From Planctomycetota bacterium (GTDB lineage: Bacteria; Planctomycetota; MHYJ01; WSZJ01), in contig JBBTCT010000002.1 of NCBI GenBank assembly GCA_038060895.1, forward strand, positions 1-64,000: a DNA stretch of 64,000 nt, in the 5' to 3' direction. The notes beneath the pieces are model-generated. The model saw only the letters and a list, made by a program, of their open reading frames with translations. It did no database searches and had not been told where the DNA came from. Shown here one piece after another: positions 59,294-64,000 of this stretch (its first letter is position 1; the number at the start of each line of letters is the position of its first letter). A program made the translations under genes and the position numbers.

Positions 59294-59758
59294 ATGCCCC
59301 TCTCCCTCTCCTCCCCCGCCTTCCTGAACGGCGCTTCCATCCCGCGCCAGCACACCTGCGAAGGCCCCGACCTCTCCCCCGCCCTCGCCTGGTCCTGCGT
59401 CCCCGCTTCGGCGAAGTCCCTCGCCCTCATCGTTGACGACCCCGACGCGCCCGACCCCAGGGCCCCCAAGATGACCTGGGTCCACTGGGTCCTCTACAAC
59501 ATCCCCCCGGGCACCGCCGGCATCCCCGAAGCCAGCTCCCCCGCCGGCGCACTCCCCGGCCTCAACGACTGGAAACGCACCGGCTGGGGCGGCCCCTGCC
59601 CCCCCATCGGCCGCCACCGCTACTTCTTCAAGCTCTTCGCCCTCGACGCCGCCCTCCCCGATCTCAAGAAGCCGACGAAGGCGGAGCTGGAAGCGGCGAT
59701 GAAGGGGCATGTGGTGGAGAAGGTGGAGATGGTGGGGACTTATGAGAAGGGGAAGTAG
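59294..59758 (+). CDS. YbhB/YbcL (PEBP) family protein
   Basis: DDPDAPDP, WVHWVLYNIP, GPCPPIGRHRYFFKLFALD. Confidence 0.95.
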   Translation: MPLSLSSPAFLNGASIPRQHTCEGPDLSPALAWSCVPASAKSLALIVDDPDAPDPRAPKMTWVHWVLYNIPPGTAGIPEASSPAGALPGLNDWKRTGWGGPCPPIGRHRYFFKLFALDAALPDLKKPTKAELEAAMKGHVVEKVEMVGTYEKGK

Positions 59759-59764
59759 GGGCGC

Positions 59765-59991
59765 GCGTCCGCGCCAGGAGCCGCGCCGAATTCAGGATGA
59801 AGGCCAGCTCCGAGCCGACGTGGACGAGTGAAGCGAGGATGGGGGTGAGGACGCCGAAGGCGGCGAAGGCCATGGCGGCGGCGTCGACGGCGAGGGTGCC
59901 GGCGAAGTTGAAGTGGATGATGCGGAGGCAGCGGCGGGCGGTCGCCGGGGAGTTGATAGGCGGCGTCGCGGAGGAGGGCGCGGCGCGACAT
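59765..59991 (-). pseudogene. Chimeric remnant: TPR-family 5' end fused to the 3' tail of a heavy-metal P1B-type ATPase
   Basis: MSRRALLRDAAYQLPGDR, then in a shifted frame TARRCLRIIHFNFAGTLAVD...GVLTPILASLVHVGSELAFILNSARLL (last two TMs of a P1B ATPase). Confidence 0.75.
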
Positions 59992-60008
59992 CCGCGAATG
60001 TTCAGCCT

Positions 60009-61550
60009 TTACGCGGGCTCCTCGTCGAACGGCGGCACACCGGACTTCGCGCATGAGGCGCGCATGTCCACGGTGGAAGATTGAAGGGTCCGGTTGTCGT
60101 GGAGTTGCCGCAGGATGTTTGCGGCCTGCTGCCAGGTCTGGCGCGCCCGAGCGATCTTTCCCAGGGCGAGCAGGAGAAGCGCAAAGTCCCCGAGGCGCGT
60201 CCCCTCGGTCTGGCGGTCGCCGACTGCCCGGAGGATCTTGAGCGACTGCTCATACGTTCGCTTGGCCAGCTCGACGCGGCCGGTCTCGCGGAAGATGCTG
60301 GCCAGATCGGCCAGGGCGATGCCTTCGAATCGTCGATCGCCGACCCCTCTGTGAATCGCGAGCGCCTGACCGTGCGTCCGCTCGGCAAGTTCGAGGCGGT
60401 GAGTATCCCGGTAGACAAGGGCCAGGTTTCCCAACGCGATGCCCTCGCTTCGCTGGTTGCCGACCTCGCGGTGGATCGCGAGCGCCTCCTCGTAAGACTG
60501 CTCTGCAAGTTCGAGCCGGTGAGTTTCCTGGTAAACGAGAGCCAGGTTTCCCAGTGCTACGCCCTCGCTTCGCCGGTTGCCGACCTGGCGGTTGATTTCA
60601 AGCGCCCGCAGGTACGTCCGCTCTGCCAGTTCGGCGCGGTGGGTCTCGCGGTAGAGACTGGCCAGGTTTCCCAGAGCGACTCCCTCAAACCATTGATTTC
60701 CAGACCTCTTGTGGATCGCAAGCGCTCGGCCGAGCGCCAGCTCACCCATCTCAACACGGCCAGTCTCCCTGTACAGGTTGGCCAAATTCATCAGCGCGAC
60801 ACCCTCACTTCTTCGGTCGCGGCGCTCAAGATGGATCGCCAGCGCCTGGTCGTACATCTGCTCTGCCAACTCGACGCGGCCGGTCTCGTGGTACACACTG
60901 GCCAGGTTCAGCATTTCGGAGCTTTCGGCCCGGCGGTCGCCAAACTCGCGGTAGATCTCCAGCGCCTGGCCGAATGTCCGCTCCGCCAACTTGACCCGGC
61001 CGATCTCCTGATAAAGGCTGGCAAGGTTCCCCGACGCCGCACCCTCCAGGCGGCGCGCCCGGACTTCACGCGTGAGCTCGAGCGCATCTCTCAGCAGTCC
61101 TTCGGCCACGACGGTTTGCCCTCGTTTCCATGCGACCACACCCGCACGACGGACCGCTTCCGCACGATGAGCGCCTACCAGCAGACCTGACAGCTTCTGC
61201 CAGCACTCCTGCGCAGATTCAAGGCGGAACTCCTGCTCTGCAACTTCCGCGGCACGACGGAGATACAGCACGTGAGCGCTTCTGAGCGAGCGGGACTCGT
61301 CCAGGGAGGCAGCGCGACTCGCGTGGTCGGCGAGTTCGTGCGCGACCGCATCCGTCGCGTGCGCGACGAAGGTCCTTTTTCCTGCCGCGTCAAACGGAGG
61401 CGGCTCAAGCGGGCGTCCACCCGACAGACCTTCGATCAGCTCGAATGCCAACCCGTGCAGCCTCGCGCGATCACCGGGAAGTTGGAGCTGGTAGGCGGCG
61501 TCCCGCAGAAGTGCGTGTCTGAACACATAGACCGATTCCGTGGAGGTCAT
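60009..61550 (-). CDS. Tetratricopeptide repeat protein (about 8-9 x 40-aa repeats)
   Basis: 120-bp periodicity visible in the DNA (GCCAGGTT at 60421, 60541, 60661, 60901); repeat consensus EG.ALGNLA..Y.ETGR.ELAE..Y..AL.I.R.VG. Confidence 0.93.
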   Translation of the reverse strand: MTSTESVYVFRHALLRDAAYQLQLPGDRARLHGLAFELIEGLSGGRPLEPPPFDAAGKRTFVAHATDAVAHELADHASRAASLDESRSLRSAHVLYLRRAAEVAEQEFRLESAQECWQKLSGLLVGAHRAEAVRRAGVVAWKRGQTVVAEGLLRDALELTREVRARRLEGAASGNLASLYQEIGRVKLAERTFGQALEIYREFGDRRAESSEMLNLASVYHETGRVELAEQMYDQALAIHLERRDRRSEGVALMNLANLYRETGRVEMGELALGRALAIHKRSGNQWFEGVALGNLASLYRETHRAELAERTYLRALEINRQVGNRRSEGVALGNLALVYQETHRLELAEQSYEEALAIHREVGNQRSEGIALGNLALVYRDTHRLELAERTHGQALAIHRGVGDRRFEGIALADLASIFRETGRVELAKRTYEQSLKILRAVGDRQTEGTRLGDFALLLLALGKIARARQTWQQAANILRQLHDNRTLQSSTVDMRASCAKSGVPPFDEEPA

Positions 61551-61699
61551 GGTCCGATGCTATGTCAGGCGTCGCCCTGAGCGAAGCCTGACGGCCGCCG
61601 GAGCCGCGCTTACGGCCCGAGTCGAAGAGTCTGCGTCGTAGCGGTGTCTGCCGTTGCGGAAGTCGCCAGCGATCCGGGCGTTCGGGTGCAGGAGTGCGT

Positions 61700-62257
61700 C
61701 TACGTCACCAGCCACCTCGCCCGCGTCGCCCACGCCGATCGCGGCCACTTGTCCGACAGCTCTTTCCACGCAACCTTCGCCGCTTCGATCCCGCCGGTGC
61801 GGCGGAACTCGCTGACCCCGAGCCAGTACATGGCCTCGGGGGCGCGGTCGTGCTGCGGGGCGCGGCCGACGGAGTCGCGGAGGAGGCGGCTGGCGTTGTC
61901 GAAGTCGCGGGCTTCGAGGGCGGCGCGGGCGAGGCCGTAGGCGAACTCGGCGAGGAAGTCGGCGGGGGGGAGCCAGCCGATGGTCTGGTGGAGGATGGAG
62001 CCGTCGGGAAGCGCGGCGAAGACCGTGGGCGTCCAGATGACGCGCAGCTTCTTCGCGAGGTCGCGCTGCTCCTTGACGTTCACCTTGAGCGCGACGTAGT
62101 TCTCTTCCACGAACGCCGCGACTTCCGCCGTTGGATACGTATCCGCATCCAGTTTCGCGCAGGCGGGTCAGTTGGGGGAGAAGGCGTCGATGAGAAGCGG
62201 CCGCTTCAGGGTCTGCGCTTCCTTCACGGCTTCGTCGTAGGATGCGGCCCACTTCAT
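61700..62257 (-). CDS. Thioredoxin-like + TPR selenoprotein, UxxC motif
   Basis: GGAGG RBS, MKWAASYDEAVKEAQTLKRPLLIDAFSPN-U-PACAKLDADTYP; TGA 62168-62170 is in frame with ORF 61700-62110; WTP cis-Pro loop; SECIS-like hairpin 62132-62151. Confidence 0.88.
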
Positions 62258-62341
62258 GGAAATCCTCCGAAACTTGAGGGGGCGGGTCGGGTTTCTTCTG
62301 AGCCCTTCGTATCAGACCCTTCCACAATAAGGAAGCTGCCG

Positions 62342-63973
62342 ATGCGGACCCTTGCCCTTGCCCTCGCCCTTGCCCTGCCGGTCGCTGCGGAAGGCTGGAC
62401 CGCCGAGCAGAAGGACGTGCAGATCCCGATGCGCGATGGCAAGTGGCTGGCGGCGGACCTGTTCCTGCCGGCGAAGGAGGGCGAGTATCCCTGCGTCCTG
62501 GTGCAGACGCCCTACAACAAGAAGCACATGGGGACGGTGATGACGCTCGCGAACGTTCCCGCCGGCGAGACGGGGCGCGGTTCGACGAACGACATGAAGG
62601 TGCTGATGGACCGCGAGCACTACGCGTACGTGTTCGTGGACTGGCGCGGGTTCTACGGGTCGAAGGCGGCGACGAAGGCGATGGCGAAGCGCGGGCTGGA
62701 CGGCTACGACTGCGTCGAGTGGATCGCGAAGCAGGCGTGGAGCGACGGGAAGGTGGGGACGTGGGGCGGAAGCGCGCTCGGGAAACAGCAGCTGGACACG
62801 GCGGTGGAGCATCCGCCGCACCTGGTGTGCTGCGCGCCGCTGATCGCCGCGATGGGGCAGGACTACGAGTCGTACTACGAGGGCGGCGTGCTGCTGGAGG
62901 GGCACGTGAAGCGGCTCGACCAGCTCGGGTTCGGGGTGAGCGAGAAGGTGATCGGGGCGCCGCTGTCGGGGACGCCGCTCTGGAAGTTCGCGGAGAAGGC
63001 GACGTATCACCCGGAGGCGATCGATGTGCCGTGCCTGATGATCACGGGGTGGTGGGACAACTACCCGGACGCGATCGTGAGGACGTTCGAGGACATCGTG
63101 GCGAAGGGCGGCGACGCGGCACGGTCGGGGTCGAAGCTGCTGATCGGGCCGTGGGACCACGTGAGCATCGGCGTCACGGAGCAGGGCGCGCTGAAGTTCG
63201 AGAAGGCGTCGCTCGAGTCGGCGCGCGCCGCGAAGGTGTTCTTCGACTTCTGGCTGCGCGGGATGAAAGACAACGGCTGGGACAAGGTGGCGCGCGTGCG
63301 GTACTGGCCGGTGAACGAGGAGGAGTGGAAGAGTTGCGAGGCGTGGAGCGGCGTCAAACGCGAGACGAAGTCATTCTGGCTCACCGCCGAGGGCAGGCTC
63401 GCGACGGAAAAGCCGCAGCAGGACGCCACAAAGTCGTGGACGTTTGACCCGGTCGATCCCTCCCCGACCCTCGGCGGTGCGAATCTCCCGCCGATGAAGC
63501 ACGGGCCTACCGATCAATCCGAGCTCTCGAGTCGCAAGGACGGAATGTGGTTCACGACGGGAAAACTCGAGAAGGCCCTTCGCGTGAACGGCAACGTCGA
63601 GCTCACGATTTCCTTCGAAGCCAACGCTCCTGACTGCGACTTCACCGCGCGCCTCTGCGACGCGGGCCCGGACGGAAGACCCGTCCTGATCGGCGACGCC
63701 GTCGGCCGCGGAAAGCTGCGCGATGGAACGGCCGCGGCGAAACTTCTCCAGCAGGGTCAGACGTACGCGCTCACACTGCGCTTCCCCGCGACGGCCGCGA
63801 CGTTTCCGGAGGGCCACGAGTTGCGCGTCTATCTCTCCAACACGAACTGGCCGCGCTACGAGCGCAACACGGGGACCGGCGCGGATCACTGGGATGAGAA
63901 GACCGCGCAGCCGGTGAAGGTCACCCTGCACCTGGGGGCTTGCGAGATGCGGTTGCCAGTGGTTGCGGAATGA
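62342..63973 (+). CDS. CocE/NonD family secreted hydrolase
   Basis: IPMRDG..LAADL, QTPYNK, DWRG..GS, WSDGKVGTWGGSALG nucleophile elbow, GPWDH. Confidence 0.93.
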   Translation: MRTLALALALALPVAAEGWTAEQKDVQIPMRDGKWLAADLFLPAKEGEYPCVLVQTPYNKKHMGTVMTLANVPAGETGRGSTNDMKVLMDREHYAYVFVDWRGFYGSKAATKAMAKRGLDGYDCVEWIAKQAWSDGKVGTWGGSALGKQQLDTAVEHPPHLVCCAPLIAAMGQDYESYYEGGVLLEGHVKRLDQLGFGVSEKVIGAPLSGTPLWKFAEKATYHPEAIDVPCLMITGWWDNYPDAIVRTFEDIVAKGGDAARSGSKLLIGPWDHVSIGVTEQGALKFEKASLESARAAKVFFDFWLRGMKDNGWDKVARVRYWPVNEEEWKSCEAWSGVKRETKSFWLTAEGRLATEKPQQDATKSWTFDPVDPSPTLGGANLPPMKHGPTDQSELSSRKDGMWFTTGKLEKALRVNGNVELTISFEANAPDCDFTARLCDAGPDGRPVLIGDAVGRGKLRDGTAAAKLLQQGQTYALTLRFPATAATFPEGHELRVYLSNTNWPRYERNTGTGADHWDEKTAQPVKVTLHLGACEMRLPVVAE

Positions 63974-64000
63974 CCATTGGTTCCAGTAGCCGTATCCGAG

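Noticed and set aside
48517-62257. Genetic code 4/25 (general UGA reassignment) as the explanation for in-frame TGAs
   Set aside because: Many genes here end in TGA at expected domain ends, Trp is encoded by TGG, and in-frame TGAs occur only at redox Cys-like positions.

Overview
High-GC bacterial chromosome segment. The gene content (Ser/Thr kinase-FGE fusion, HEAT/TPR proteins, many small intergenic palindromes) suggests an uncultured Planctomycetota-like organism, which is an inference. About 1-10.3 kb is a defence island: a type I R-M operon (hsdM-hsdS-hsdR) carries a Kiwa pair (kwaA/kwaB) and a HEPN-motif gene in its hsdS-hsdR gap, followed by macro-domain and AlbA_2/HATPase genes. The rest is mostly housekeeping: dxr-rseP, a glycogen cluster, parA, an HMG-CoA lyase-like gene, lgt, and a phosphate porin facing ppx-CHAD-sixA. 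Three genes appear to read through an in-frame UGA as selenocysteine, each with a downstream SECIS-like hairpin, and the ORF track splits or truncates all three. They are selD, a UxxC thioredoxin-TPR protein, and a secreted CxU protein resembling the eukaryotic selenoprotein N redox domain. A TPR gene family starting 'FRHALLRDAAYQLQLPG' occurs as one full copy, two back-to-back copies with the repeat core deleted, and one chimeric remnant. Other notable signals are four REC-PilZ-type genes, several families of intergenic palindromes/MITEs, widespread leaderless-type promoters and abrupt C-rich to G-rich switches. No rRNA, tRNA, CRISPR array or transposase was recognised. All calls come from motif reading by eye, not from database searches.
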